The translations under genes and the position numbers were made by a program. 64,000 nt of DNA, from assembly GCF_036321535.1 (NCBI RefSeq), contig NC_087436.1:30444001-30508000 (forward strand). Reading direction: 5' to 3'. Positions 1-13,869 of the stretch are shown piece after piece; the stretch's first letter is position 1; each line of letters opens with the position of its first letter. This DNA is from Camelus dromedarius (Eukaryota). The notes below the pieces were generated by a model. It was not told where the DNA came from. It made no database searches and saw only the letters and a program-made list of their open reading frames with translations.

Positions 1-170
1 GGTTGATTTTGCTTCTTTCTAGCTAGGTTACCTGGAGCAGGTACTGAGTCCATTCATGATTTGGTTTTCGTTGTCTGTATAATAAGAAGCATAATATCTA
101 ACCTTCATTATTGCTGTGTGTTAAAGGAAAGGTTGACCATATACACCACTTGACATAGGCCCAGGCCAGA
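1..170 (+). mobile_element. MIR SINE remnant
   Basis: Degenerate MIR core (agctaggttacctggagcaggtact...gtctgtataataagaagcataatatctaacc), recognised by eye. Confidence 0.45.
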
Positions 171-552
171 ATAAATAATCATCCGTTATCAAATGCTCTC
201 ATTAGTAGTAAAATAAATCAATAAATAAATATATAAGAACCAACTGAAACTCTTGATTTGAAGACTAATGCTATGAGCATTAATAATTCAAGTATTAGTG
301 TAGAAATATTAGTCTGGTTATTTGTACCTTTTGATTAAAATTGAAAAAAATGTCATTTAGTTGACACATTTTCTTTAATATTATATGTAACATTCTATAT
401 CCTATGTTGATGAGTATTTTAAAATAAAATGATTTGATTATATTAAAATTCAAGTTTATGTTAGAATATTTCATTGACATACAGTTTTCTTTTTAGTTTT
501 CCAGTTTTTCTTTTTAATTTTCTTTTTATTTATGTCATTATTTTTTAATCTG

Positions 553-700
553 ATAGCATGATAAAATAGAGGTCCAGGTATTCTGGTCAGGCAAACTTGA
601 CTTCCCAGCTGTGTGACCCTGGGAACTTTTCTAGCCCTTTCATGAGTACCTGGGATAACATACACTTGCTTTTATGGCTGTGATAGCTAATGTACAAGAT
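553..700 (+). mobile_element. MIR SINE remnant
   Basis: ccagctgtgtgaccctgggaac matches the MIR core motif. Confidence 0.45.
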
Positions 701-1417
701 AACCATACAATCCCAGTGAGAGGTTTCATCTTCTATGAAAAACTGCAACTAAGACCCAAAATGAGGAAACTGATTTCTATATTACACATTCTAGGTTCAG
801 ACACCCATCAATTTCAGGGCCAAATATCTTTCCTCACGGCTTGTTGCAATGGTGAACCAAGTTGGTACACAATGAAAGAAGGATTCAAGATAAAGACTGG
901 AAGTAGCATGGGGGCATTCAGTGTTCCCCAAAAGGGAAATTCTCACTTGTTGCTACATAGGGGAAGTCTTCCCCTTGCTAAGGTAGTATGAATAGTCCTG
1001 AGATAAGTACTGAAGAAATGAGGAATAAATATTTTATACTTTCTCATTAGCTCCTCCTAACAACTCTTTGAAATAAAATTTATAACTTGGTTTATAGTTA
1101 ATTTGTACAAAATTCACATTTGGTAACTGAAAGATTTAAATCCAGTTTGGTTTTGTACTATTTTCTTTAATTCCTAGGTTCTATGTCTTGCTACAGTCCC
1201 TGGAAGAAAACAGAAATTTGATACATTTTTCTTCATTCTCCTCTATTTTCTGAAAATATGATTTGTCATATGATATATGTAAGTAAGTATGTGTGTTAAA
1301 TGGATGCAATTTTGAGCCAAAGAAGTATAAAACAATCATTATTCAAATTTCACAGTTTTCTCAATAAAGATAAGGCATAGGAATTTATGCCTACAAATGT
1401 CTTCATGTGTACTATTT

Positions 1418-1890
1418 TGTACACTGGGCTGGACACCTGTCATTTGCTTTTCCAGATTCCTATCTGCTCTGTTCCATCCCTCTCTATGCCATAGGAGCAT
1501 GACCTGTAGAAATGACAGGGGTCCTGTGCCTTCTAGCTTTCTGATAGGTTATACTATTGGGAAACAAGCAGATGATCTGAATTTGAAGAGAGATTAGGGT
1601 ATTTATTTTCCCAGTTTCCTCCCTGAAGGGTAACCTACTGACCTACTTTCCACAAAAGGTCACTTCTTTCTCCTAGGCAGTGACCTCTACATGACTCTCC
1701 TTTGAGATCCTAGTAATCTCTCCTTTTCTTGGTCCCTTAGACTACAGAGCTGGTGATCACTCCACTATGCTGCTAGCTCTCCGGTCTTTGTAGTTTTCTT
1801 ACACCAACACACTTTAGAATATACCTCTTTATAAAAAAAAATAATAACTTGAGTGTAACTTTCTTTCCTGTTGGAGCTCTGGCTTATAAA
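1418..1890 (+). mobile_element. Solo ERVL LTR, LTR33-like
   Basis: gctggacacctgtcatttgc...ccagattcc start, internal gggtatttattttcccag, and gagtgtaact...ttcctgttggagctctggct end resemble the LTR33 consensus. Confidence 0.65.
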
Positions 1891-2249
1891 TACATAAATT
1901 TAATGAATCAATTATGTAAAGTTCATGCAAAAATTGATTAATTATATGTTATGTGCTTAATGAAGTATTATTCCACAAGAAAGCCTAAAGTATACAAGTG
2001 TATAACAGATTAAATTTTAAAATGTTGAATGAATACTTTTGCAACATATATTGTTTTTTGAACTTAGAATGCAATTATTCGGCACATAGTCTTTTTATTT
2101 TCTCCAATTTCAGACATTTAAATATAAATTCTGAATTTCTATTTTTGTAGTTCATTCCTCAGAAGTTATGGTTGAAAAACGTCATATTCACAGCTTAACA
2201 TCTATGTTTCATTTTAGTATTTTTATTTTTTCCTTTAAAATTAGCATAA

Positions 2250-2634
2250 GTTGTTTTCTATGTCTATGAGTCTATTTTTGTTTTGTAAATAAGTTTATTT
2301 GTATCTTTTTTTTCAGATTCCACATATAAGTGATATTATATGATATTTTTCTGTCTGACTTACTCCTCCTATTATGATAATCTCTAGGTTCAAACTCATA
2401 GTTATCAAAGGGAGGGGGGAGGATAAACTGGGAATTTGGGATTAATAGATACACACTACTATATATAAAATAGATAAACAACAAGGACCTACTGTATAGC
2501 ACAGGGAACTATATTCACTATCTTGTAATAACCTATAATGGAAAAAAATCTAAAAGAAATAAATCACTTTCCTGTACACTTGAAACACTGTAAATCAACT
2601 ATACTTCAATAACATTTTAAAATAAATAAAGAAA
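2250..2634 (+). mobile_element. Short L1 3' end with 5' inversion (twin priming)
   Basis: 2250-2390 is antisense L1 3' UTR and 2391-2634 is sense 3' UTR ending in an A-rich tail. TSD taaaattagcataa (2236-2249) / taaaatttgcataa (2635-2648). Confidence 0.85.
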
Positions 2635-4699
2635 TAAAATTTGCATAATTTGGAACCTTTTTGCTTTTGCAAATTGCAAAGCATCAGTATGCTATGGTCT
2701 GTCTCTTTCCTCAATATGCCTCCCCTGTTTGTATTAATCACATGTGCCATGACAGTCTTGTACTTTAAGGCAATATGTAAAGAGCCACCTTTAAAGCTAT
2801 GCACACATATCAACCAGCTGGAGGCATGAACAGACTTATTTTGATAGGCTGACCCCTTAAGAAGAAGTTTTGAGGCTGCACACCTCTCCCAAAACAAGGG
2901 GAAAATACTGAGAAAATACAACAACTGTATTTACTTTCAGGGAAAGAAAAAGACTTTCTACAGTAAGAAAAGCAATGTACTGTTTGCTGTTAAAAAACTT
3001 GTATTTTCATAAATTTACTGAAGTTTATTTTAACCAACTTTGAAAGGCTTATTTCACATTTCCTACTGGCTGTTGCATTTATTTACTCAAGCCCAGTGTT
3101 TTTGTTCTGTTACCTTCACACATAACCTCAAGGGCATTGACATTCTGATGACATTGTGATCACTCGACTTTAGATGACTCTATACCACTAGCTTATTTTT
3201 CATCCTTGTCTCATTCCCCAGCCACATTAGGGCTAAGTGTGTAATAGCCTAGGCTCCGGCGGATTGTTGAAAGAATATGTCATGAAACAGACTGTGCTAC
3301 CTCCAGGAAAAGAAGCCCTTTCTTATCAATGCCATAATTGCCATCCCAGTCAATATTAGCTAATTGAAATACCAGTGATTAATGATCTATCCTTTTAAAG
3401 GCTTTTCTTATCTCAGTGAGCTTTTGAAACCATGCCTGGGAGGTTTATATCATTTTCCAGTAATCTTTTTTTTTTCTTTCTCCTCTGGTTTTAATTTTCC
3501 TGTCTTTCGTCTTCATCGAAACTGTCCCTACTCAGGTGTCTAAGCTACATGTGTCATTTATTTCTTTTGTCACAGTCTCCTTCCTCATTCATATTGCCAT
3601 ACGTCTTTCTGTCCTGTGGTGTCTATCCCTTTAATAGTACATATTTATCATAGTATTTTATCCCTTCCCTCTGACTAAATATAGATATAGAATGGGCACA
3701 AAGGAAAAGAGAGTCCGATTAGGTGATGATGGTTCTAATTGCTCAGGTGTTAGATATATACGGTATATGAAAGTTGTTTCTATCAAGTCAGCAAAACCTA
3801 GCTTTTCTTAAAGACCGACAAAAAGTTCAAGACTTCAAATCAAATGATCGTAGTTTTATAAGCAGAAAAGTGAGCTGCATCTAGTATACACTGAACATTA
3901 TTTTGTTGCTTTAACATTATTCTCATCAATAGTTTGCCAAAATCTATTTTACTCTGTGCACAGTCCAACAAAGGGATAGGTGTTCAGCTGAACTGTAACT
4001 TCCTCTAGGTCAGGACCTAAAAATATACAATAGTTTCATCTAAATAATACCTAACACAGCATGAATGTTTCCAATAATGACTATATACTTGTTGAAATAA
4101 TAACAAGAAATATAGTTTCCTAAAATTAACCTTCCATAAATATGAAATGCGGAGCTTCATTTTGTTCTTATGCATTAAGATGTATAACTAAGGAAAAGAT
4201 GGCAAAAGTGATAACTTTCAGAATTTTCCTTCGTCCTTTAGACTGTTTGGTAGGCTGAGAGCCACATTGAAAAAAATATAAGATTATACAAATTATTCTA
4301 GCATTACTTTAGTGTAATTTTGATATAGTCTTAGTGCTTTGGGGCAAAGACTATTATAAACATATAATTGGAGATTCCAGTACTGATGATCTGTGTATGT
4401 GTCACTTGTCATTTACTTGCTCTGTGTACCAGGCTATTAAAATCTACCACTTAGTAGGATTTACACAAAAAGTTATGAATAAAACCAGTTCTGAGATTCT
4501 TAAAAACTGCACATATATTGAGGGAACAAAAGAGTGAGGCATTTGATATTAGAAAAATCTTTTACTTAGAGAAAAAATGCAGGGAGTTTCTTGACTATAA
4601 TACATCTCATCACCTATCCCAAGGAATAAGGCTTTTTATTTTAAGTCAGAGAGGTGATTTGAAAATAATTTGAAGAGTTTAATGTGTCCATTGAAATTT

Positions 4700-5460
4700 G
4701 TAGGAGCTAAGGGGTTAAGATGTGAGTCACATCTATGGTATCTAAAGAGGAGAGAAGTTGAAAGAACCAGCAAAGGGACTTCAGAATAGAAGGCTGATAT
4801 TTAGGGTGTATACCCATAGTTCTTTGTGGGAAAATGAGTGCATAAATGTTCTTGGTGGACTGGGTAGAAGTTATGCATCTGCCATGTGCAAGAGGCATGT
4901 TTCTCAGGACTGAGTTAGAACAATCAAAAGATACTGTGACATTCACCTCTAGAGTTCAGCAGATGAGAACTAGCTAATGAGGAGAGGAGGAAGAGGAGGT
5001 TCCTTAAATCTCTATGAGAGTGAATCTTGAATGAAGGAGTAAGGTTAAACTTTTGCTTAATTCAGATAGTGAGACATCAGCTCTAGAAATAACCAGGCAA
5101 GAAAGAACATTGCTACACATCAGCCTTCTCTTCTTGCTCCAACTGTGAAAACGTAGGAACTCTGAATCTACATGCTGGGGGAGAAGTTGAAACACTGAGT
5201 GGAAGATGAAAGCAGAATCAGTTTGCGACAGGTCCATGCCCCAGGGAAGAGTGAGGTCTCAATTTTAAATCAAGTTCTAAATTTTGAATATTGCATATGA
5301 CTAGATTTTATAGTTACTAAGTAGATATTTTAGTGCCTACGAGTGACCAGAAATCTAGTGGGAATAGCCATTTTCAATGGCTAGGCAGGCTAATCCACCG
5401 AACGGCTTGAAAGGCAGAATAGTCTACAAAGTAGGCAGTTCCATTAAGATTAGAGCTCAC
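4700..5460. mobile_element. Possible ancient LTR element (family unassigned)
   Basis: Purine-rich block of higher GC than its flanks, with LTR-like composition; no family diagnostic is certain. Confidence 0.25.
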
Positions 5461-6723
5461 AAGTCATTTCCTGTTAAGAATTCCAGTTACACAAGTTGTA
5501 TGACCTTGGGCAGGTAACAATTATTTTGGTCCTGTTTTATATTGGCAGATGTGATGACAAGCCCCAAAATCTGGTGCCGGGAAGAAAAAAGCCTGACAAC
5601 ATTAACAAACAGAGACAAGTTAAAAACTTATAAAATCCTTTAAAAAGTTATATTTTATAACAGAATAATCTGAAGGGATCACAAATAGAAATTTCAAACA
5701 AATAACTATTATTTTAAATATTTGTATTTTAATAACTCATAAAAACTATTTTATTAAATATAACACAATGCAACATGTCATGAATCTTATAGTTGAAGCA
5801 ATTCTACTCAAACTGTAATCTTACACAGGAACAATAATTTTTGAAATAAAATGCAGAAGCTCATTAACATTTCAGGACTGGGAGAAAAGTTCAGTGAAAG
5901 TGTGAGCACTTTTTATATCTTATTCACCAACACCCAGATAATTTGAAAATAATATTAACAGCAAGCAAAACAGCACAATACATAGCTCTATAAAGAATTA
6001 TGTCCCATGAATGTGGCAAAAGATAGTGTTATTGTTGCATACATATGGCTCAGGAAGTCAACAGCAAGGTAGCTTAATTTCAGTATTCAGAAATAAAGAT
6101 AAGGTTTCCATAGAAATGTCCTACTGTTGCCAGGCTGTCACCTATAATCAGGGACATGATAGAAGCTATTCAAGAGAACTACTAAGAAGGGAAACATGCT
6201 TGTTTGATTGTGACGGATACAAGTGACGTTTTTCTTCTCTCTCTTTTTTAAGTGAGCTAGGTAAATCGAGATAAAGTCCCCCGTTTTTTATTGGTTCTGA
6301 CCACTGATAATTCATCAGTAGGACAAAGGGCTGAGTTCTCTCTGCTTTCCATAGGAGATAATCAACAGTGTATATACTGAACAGGACAGTTGTAAAGTTT
6401 AGAGTTCTGAATATAAAACCCTACAATGACAAGTAACTTTTCTCGATTACTGAAAATTATTGATGGGAAAGAGGTATTTGGTAGATTGGTGGAGGAATGT
6501 ATCAAATTTCAAAAATATTGTTGAAGGAATTACTAAAAAATGTGATAAGTATGTATGAGTATATGGCAAAAATTAGAAATATAAACTTACAAAGGTAAGG
6601 AAATCCCATTTGATTCCATCATCTAGGATAGTATCTAATATCTAGTATGTAAATATGGTGTGCACAGTGAGAATTGAGCAATGTAAAAATATTTATTAAG
6701 ATATAGTAATTATATATATATAT

Positions 6724-6751
6724 ATTGTTTCATATATATATATGAAACAAT
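6724..6751. repeat. Perfect 28-bp AT-rich palindrome
   Basis: attgtttc(at)6gaaacaat equals its own reverse complement. Confidence 0.95.
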
Positions 6752-7099
6752 GTGTAAACATCTTACTGTTTAAAAAATATGTGTGAAATCTCTGTACCTT
6801 CCTCTCAATTATGCTATGAACCTAGAACTGCTCTAAAAATATTAAGGTGTAAAAAACTGTGGAGGAATCTAAATATTCCAGAACTACAGGTTTTTTTCTA
6901 TATCATTTAGGATTCCTTTGATAACAATGGTTAACAAAAAAATTGATTGAAAATGTTTTAAAGAAAAAGATTAAAATATCTTCCACTGAAGCCATTTCAT
7001 AAAAATGTGGAAATGACAGGGACATGAGGGCCTAGTAATTTTCCTTCTTTGGGCCTCTCCACTCCACCTCCACTCCAGTTACAGACAGGGCAGATTTGG

Positions 7100-7350
7100 A
7101 TAAGGGTCCTCCTCATGGATCAATAAGCCAGCTGCAGCTCCTGAAAATTTCCTCACAAGACCTGGAATGCATTGTTTAGAGAACAATGGGTCACGTGTCC
7201 ATTCTGGAATTAGTCATCACAACAAATGGGAATCTGGAGTGCTGACTGGCCAGCCTCAGGGACGTGTGTTCTACACTGGAGCTGAGACCTCACCCAAAGT
7301 ATGTGGCCTGAGAAAGAGGAAGATATGATTCTCTAAGAGAAAATCAAGAA
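7100..7350 (-). mobile_element. Old MaLR LTR fragment (MLT1K/L-like)
   Basis: tgggtcacgtgtccattc...tgctgactggccagcctcagggacgtgtg...ctggagctg is typical antisense MLT1. Confidence 0.45.
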
Positions 7351-9716
7351 GCAATCAACAACTAAGTCAATACTTTTTTTGGTGTGAAAAAAACCATAAA
7401 GCAACAATTTGCTGCTCCAACATTTTAGAAGTGACCATATCATTGGTATGCATCAGTGTAAATATTTCACATTTATTCATGTAGTTTCTCTCATATGAGG
7501 TTGGTCTAGATCATTTTATTCTCATTTCTACAGAATAAGAAACTAAGGTAAGAGCATTTATGTGGCTTTTACAAAATCAGTGGGTTAGAAGTAGAGAGGA
7601 TTTTAGTCAAGTTTGTCTGAATTCTAAAGAATAAGCACTTTATATCATTCTGTACTGTCTCCAGTACACATTGGATAAATTTTGAATGAAGTAATGAATA
7701 AATGAGTAAGTAATTGCGTGAAATAAAAGCTGCAGTGTTCCTGAAGCAGATAGGAAGGCTACCGCCATGACCTGACCTAACCACTTGTTTGGTCGTGAAC
7801 TATATCCTCCCAAAAAGGACTGACTGATCATAAACTCCTTCCTATCCTGGGTGATCACTCCTGAGAGGGTAAGAATAACTACAGTTCTGTGGGACTGCAT
7901 AAACCATCACAACTGACCAAAAAACAAAATTAAAGGTTAACATCATAAGAGCTCTATATAGGAAAGCTTAGAGAGAGAATTTTGCTGGACACAAATAATG
8001 AGAATGTGATTATAACAGATATTGTTTCTTATCAGCAACATAAGGTAGATGATACAAATTTATCCTGCCAACCCTTACCAAGTAAATTGCAAAGCACACA
8101 TAAGTTCCTTTTGTTTTTTAATCTAAGGATGTGGTGGGATTCTTTTTCCTTTCACTTTTTCCCCTTGTCTTTAGAGTTAATCATCTTTCTTCTTTATACA
8201 CCTCTAATTTTCAACATCTGTTAGTGAATTATTTATTCAGTAATTTCTCAAGTATACAGAAAGTAACCAAGTAAACAACATTTAAAGAGTCTCTAAGACT
8301 CAACAGAGTAACTGCTTATTTTAAAGGAATTCCTTATGAAATGGAATTTCTGGTTACTTCCAGAGATGAAAAATTTAAAGAAGAATTGAAGTATTAAAGA
8401 AATAATTAAATTTTATATGCTGAACATAAAGGAGGTACTGTTATGTCAACAGCTAGTAACAGCAGGTGTTAGAAAAATCTAATTACAGATTCATCACTTC
8501 AGTAAATCTTGAAATCTGACAAAGTTTTTAATACCACCCAAAATCATGGTCTACTAGGAAGTTAACTTATAAAATGCCATGATTCTAACAAATAATAACC
8601 TGAGCTGTGATGTCGTTAAATAGGATTTCATCTATCCAAAATAAATCATACATGAATTGCAGGATGTCACTGAAATGTATTTCTATAGCTTGATAGTGTG
8701 TGCTATTCAGGGCTTTTGAGACTACCTGTTAGGCTTTCTGTCTCAACAGGTTGTCAGTGACAACCAACTACTATGAGGTTTTATCTCTCTATATTATGTA
8801 GCTTGTACAGTAATTTAATTTTTGAGAATTCTATAATAAGCCTCTTAAATGCTATCAACAAACCTTTTTAGACTCAAATAAAAACAAACAAAAAAAGCAC
8901 TTTCTATCCCTTTTGTTTTAGTAAAGAGAAATTTAGACCCTCGAGAAATTTGTGATTTATTTTAATTTAATGAGATGCATTGAAGGCATCTGCCAACATG
9001 AGACCGTAAGTATTAACTGTCAAGTAAATGTATGGAAACTTTAATTACAATCTTCCTAAAAGAATACGATCACTTCAGAGTGGGATAGCCCAGGACAGCA
9101 ATACGGATGTGGAGGTGATACAAATTTGAACAATGGCTCAAGTTTTGTATTCAGCTTTATTTGGATTAAATTCCTATCTTGTCTATTGTATGACTGGAAG
9201 AAAATTATTTATTACCCTTTTCCTTCATTTCCAATTATTAAAATGGACAGTAATAATAAAAATTACCTATATCATCCAATTATAAATGTTAAGTTACATA
9301 ATAAATAAAAAATATTTAGCATAGTTAGTAAACCACAAATATTGGCATCATTATTTGACTGATGAGTTTTGGTGGGTTAAGAAATGGGAGAATTAACACC
9401 AATTCTTTAAAGAAAGATTATTAGATATTTCTTTCTCTCTAAGGTATTTAGCCTACACTCTATAATGTACAGTACTAGACCTAAGCCAATGACAAGTTTT
9501 GTTTAATCAACCACTACTCTACAAACATAATTCTTATAAGAAAAAACAAACAAACAAAAAAAACGTTTTCAGTCATTTAAAGTGTATCTTAAAACTCTTC
9601 AGGTTCCTAAACAGACTCATAGTTGCTCAAGATATGTCATGGTGAGTTAAATAGTAGTTATTGAAAGAGTTATTAACACATATCATTAACTCTTTGCAGG
9701 ATGACGGTGTAGTTAT

Positions 9717-9760
9717 TTGTTGTTGTTGTTGTTGTTGTTGTTTTTGTTGTTGTTGTTGTT
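9717..9760 (+). repeat. (TTG)n microsatellite, one interruption
   Basis: Direct reading. Confidence 0.95.
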
Positions 9761-10865
9761 TTGGTGGCATTGCACTGATAGGAATAATAAGCTTTTTTCT
9801 TCAGTAAGATAAATATGGGCTAAAAAGACTTGATTTGAAAGTTCACCATTTCCACTTTAAGTTTGTTCAAAAGCCCTAGAATCTTCTCTTTATTTCTATA
9901 TGAACTCCACAAAGCTATTATATACTTCCTAAGAAACAAGTAAAGGGATTCAGAGTAGGAAAAAATAATGAAGTAAAAAACAGTCTGTAGATTCAGAAAA
10001 TTAATAATAAAATGAGGGAAAGACATAGTGTTATAAACTTATTGGGGTTTTTTTTTTTTAGTAATTTTATTATAGGACTTTGATTCATAGGCTTAAAATT
10101 ATACAACAGTTTAAGGTATTAAAATTAGATGTGTCTTTCTGACCCCTGAAATAACTGGTTGGAAGAAATAGGTCTAGGACAGAATTTGCAAATTCTCAAA
10201 AAAAAGTGTGTGTGTGTATACATATGTATGTGTATCGATATATTTTATGTTTGTTTACATATACACATATATGCACACACTTGTAGGGTACAGTTTACAG
10301 CAAACGCTGGAAGTATTTGCCATATGTACGTAACACAATCTTCTACCATTTTCTGAAGCTTAATTTAATACTTACAAAACCTTATTAAAGAGTACCTAGA
10401 ACATGTCTAAGCAATTAAATAACACTTGATCCATGTTAAAATTATTATTACACTTTTTATTATTTACATCAATGTTTTCTTTTAATTAAAAAAATATTTT
10501 TCATTCTTGCCATAGTGCAGGAAAATTGTTAAAAGCCAACAGAAACTTCTAGTAGACTTCTTAACAAAATGTTCCAGCAAAACAGGCCATCTTATTTTAA
10601 AATAAGGCATTCACAACATCTAAATAATCTTACCTTTTCACTGATTTTAAATCCCTTAACTGGTCCTGAGATAAATATATCAGAGAACCCCATTATTTAG
10701 ATCACTCTTAAAGAAAATCTTCCCATCGTGATTCACATCTTGACAGTGGTAAATAAGAAAGTGAGTCTGCAGCACTTTTTTTTTTTTTTTCAGTTGGTTA
10801 GCCTGTAGTCTTTGAATTACAACTTGGATAGTTTTCAAAAGAAGACTTGGAAAGTATAAAGAAAT

Positions 10866-11530
10866 GGCAATACCTGTGGAGAAAAGGGAACCCTTTTACA
10901 CTGTTGGTGGGAATATAAATTGATGCAGCCACTGTGGAAAACAGTATAGAGGATTCTCACAAAAACTAAAACTGGAACTACCATATGACCCAGCAATTCC
11001 ACGCCTGGGTATATATTAAAAAAAAAAATCAAAAACCACTAATTAGAAAAGAAGCATGCACTCCAATGTTCATAGAATCATAATTTACAACTGTCAAGAT
11101 ACGGAAGCAACCTAAGTGTCCATCAAGAAATAAATGGATAAAGGAGATGTGTTATATATGTACAATGAAATACTATTCAGCCATAAAAAGGATGAAATTT
11201 TTGTCATTTGCAGTGACATGGATGGACTTGGAAGGCTTTATGCTATGTGAAATAAGTCAGGGAAAGACAAATACTGTATGATATCACTTATATGTGAAAT
11301 CTAAAAACTAAAAAAACTGGTAAATGTAACAAAAAAGAAGCAGACTCACAGATGTAGAGAACAAAGTAGTGGTTACTAGTGGGGTGGTGTAACATAAGGG
11401 TAGGGGAGTGGGAGGTACAAACTTGCGCATAAGATAGGTTCAAGGATGTATTGTACAACATGGGGAATATAGCCAATATTTGTAATAACTGTTAAGTGGA
11501 AAGTAACCTTTAAAATTGTATAAAATAAAA
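10866..11530 (+). mobile_element. 5'-truncated L1 (ORF2 C-terminus + 3' UTR)
   Basis: gtggagaaaagggaaccc...ccatatgacccagcaattcc...caacctaagtgtccatca...acatggatggacttgga, ending in an A-rich stretch. Confidence 0.9.
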
Positions 11531-12925
11531 TGCATATAACCAGAAAAAAGGAAATACTGAATACTCAGAAAGTATTTAGAGGCTTTTCCCAACTCTATGT
11601 ATTGAAACTTAATATTCTTTAATTACTTCAATAAATTGCCAATTCCTTAAAATCAAAATTACATTCATAAATGTGTTTTCAGTCACAGCATTGGTTTTTC
11701 TTTGTCTTCATCTTCTTTTATTTCTCAAATACTATGTTATAGAAAGTCAGAGGTCTCACTTGGAATTTTCAAGAACCATTATAAGGCCTGTTGATTTTAT
11801 GTACTTATCAACCTCAACATTAGTTCCTTAGTTTCAGTTATTAATAGAACATATGAAAAGCACTGGTAATCTGAAATCTGAAATAAAGACTTGACAGTGA
11901 ATTTTTTTTATAAGGTCATTATGAAATGTAGTTTTAAGGTCATAAATCATAAAGACTATAAAATCAACAGTTACTAATGTTATGAGTCTTAAAACCCATT
12001 TATTTACTTGAACTGAGTAATTAGAATATAGAGTATGACCTTGATATATTAGACATTTGTAGCTATCTTATTAACCAATAAGAGTAATCCTGTACAATAT
12101 AACTGTGACATTCATAACCCATTTTTCATTAAAGTATTTTATTTTTATTAAAATTATATAAGCCTAATATTTTAGAATAGCTAGGTCATTGCATCCTTGT
12201 ATATTTTATTCTTAGTCCAGTATAACTCGTTTTTCTTTTTTTTTTTTTTTTCGAAAATAACATTGTCTTCTCTTACGTGGGTTACGGAATAATAGCCTTG
12301 ATTTTGTGCTGGAAAAGATAATATGTAAACAATCTCATAATTATCAAGCCTCATTATTTAGAAGAAAACTGTCAGAGATCAATGTTTTTAAACACAGTTT
12401 TGAAAATAAGAACTAAAATTATATCATTTTCTATTTCAATATATCCATGTAGTAGAAGTGTAGGAAAATAAACTGTCATAGAAATATTTACCACTCATAT
12501 AAAATAAAGCACTACATATCTTTTATATGATATATAAAGGCTTTGCAAATTTAGTTAAATAAATATAATATGCATTAAGGAATTATCACAGTCATAGTAA
12601 TGCTATTAAAATAGTTTAATATTATGTAGTAAAAGATTATTTGGGTACTATGTTTGGACGAAAAAGAGTGGGTGACAGATAATAATTTGGCAAATACAAA
12701 TTTCGAAAATAGACTTATCTATCCACACTAATACAAGACACAGTATTTTACTAAGTTATCTATTTTAGATATTAAAATGAGACCTTGAAAATATCCTTCT
12801 AAACCTGGGGAACAGACACAACACAATTCATCAATTTTAATAAAAATGAATCTATCTGCAAAATTTATTTGTATTGAATCTTCAAGATCATATTAGATCT
12901 GTAAAATGTATTCATACTAAATCCT

Positions 12926-12928
<3 letters not shown>

Positions 12929-12956
<28 letters not shown>
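12929..12956 (+). repeat. (GT)14 microsatellite
   Basis: Direct reading. Confidence 0.95.
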
Positions 12957-12960
<4 letters not shown>

Positions 12961-13869
12961 CATTTGTATTCATGAAATAGTTTTCAGTGTGAGATATCAT
13001 GGTTTTAACAGTCAAGGAGTTTCAGATCCTCTTAAATTGAAGAATCATCTATCATTTTCATTTAAGATAAACCAGGTATAACTTCAAATTTTGAGGGATA
13101 AGCAAGCCTTTTGCCATTTATAATTGGTTGGACAAAGACAAAGAGCTAACAAAGGTAAGAAGATAAAAGTAAAAGGTGTGAAACCAAAAATAAAAGCAGT
13201 ATAGATTAAATAACATGATGTGTTTTTAAAGGAAGTTCTCTTTTCTAATCAATTATTATGTTAAGAATCTTCCCTAAATTTGTTTCAGAACTTTTGAGCC
13301 ACATTTTCTTTATTTTTAATTATTATAGAACACAAGAATAATTGTTTTCATTAAAAAAAAAACTGAAATCATCAACCGAAAAACATGTATTTTGCATTTC
13401 TTGCTAAAAACAGTTAAATGAGTTCTAATTGCTGTTGAATAATGGCCAAATTCTTTAACATGGCAAATGAAGTTTTCCTGGCATTTGCTCATTTTCCTCT
13501 GTTCTCTATGGTTCTTACTTTAATTTCTGTATTCAGAACACAAACATCTTCTTAAAATTCTTCAAGTATATGCAAAAATCTCTCTGACCAAGCTGGTTAA
13601 TCGTAAAAAGTACAACCTTGGAGTAATGCAAGGATTAGCCTTACAAATTTGGAATGTGCAGGAGTGATTATTCTCTCACATTACTATTTCTTCCACTAGT
13701 CTGGTCTTTACAAAAATTAAGTGTGTTCTGATGAATTAAATAATTATATTCAGCACCTCTCACCTCCTGCCATACACTATATATGCTAGGCTTCTTAAGA
13801 TTCTGAATAGAACTCATGTCACATATGCGAGAAACACAACATACACCATTTGGGTTATAGAGCAAGACC

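Noticed and set aside
674..991. 105-aa ORF
   Set aside because: No recognisable domain, partly overlaps a MIR remnant, and has no splice support.
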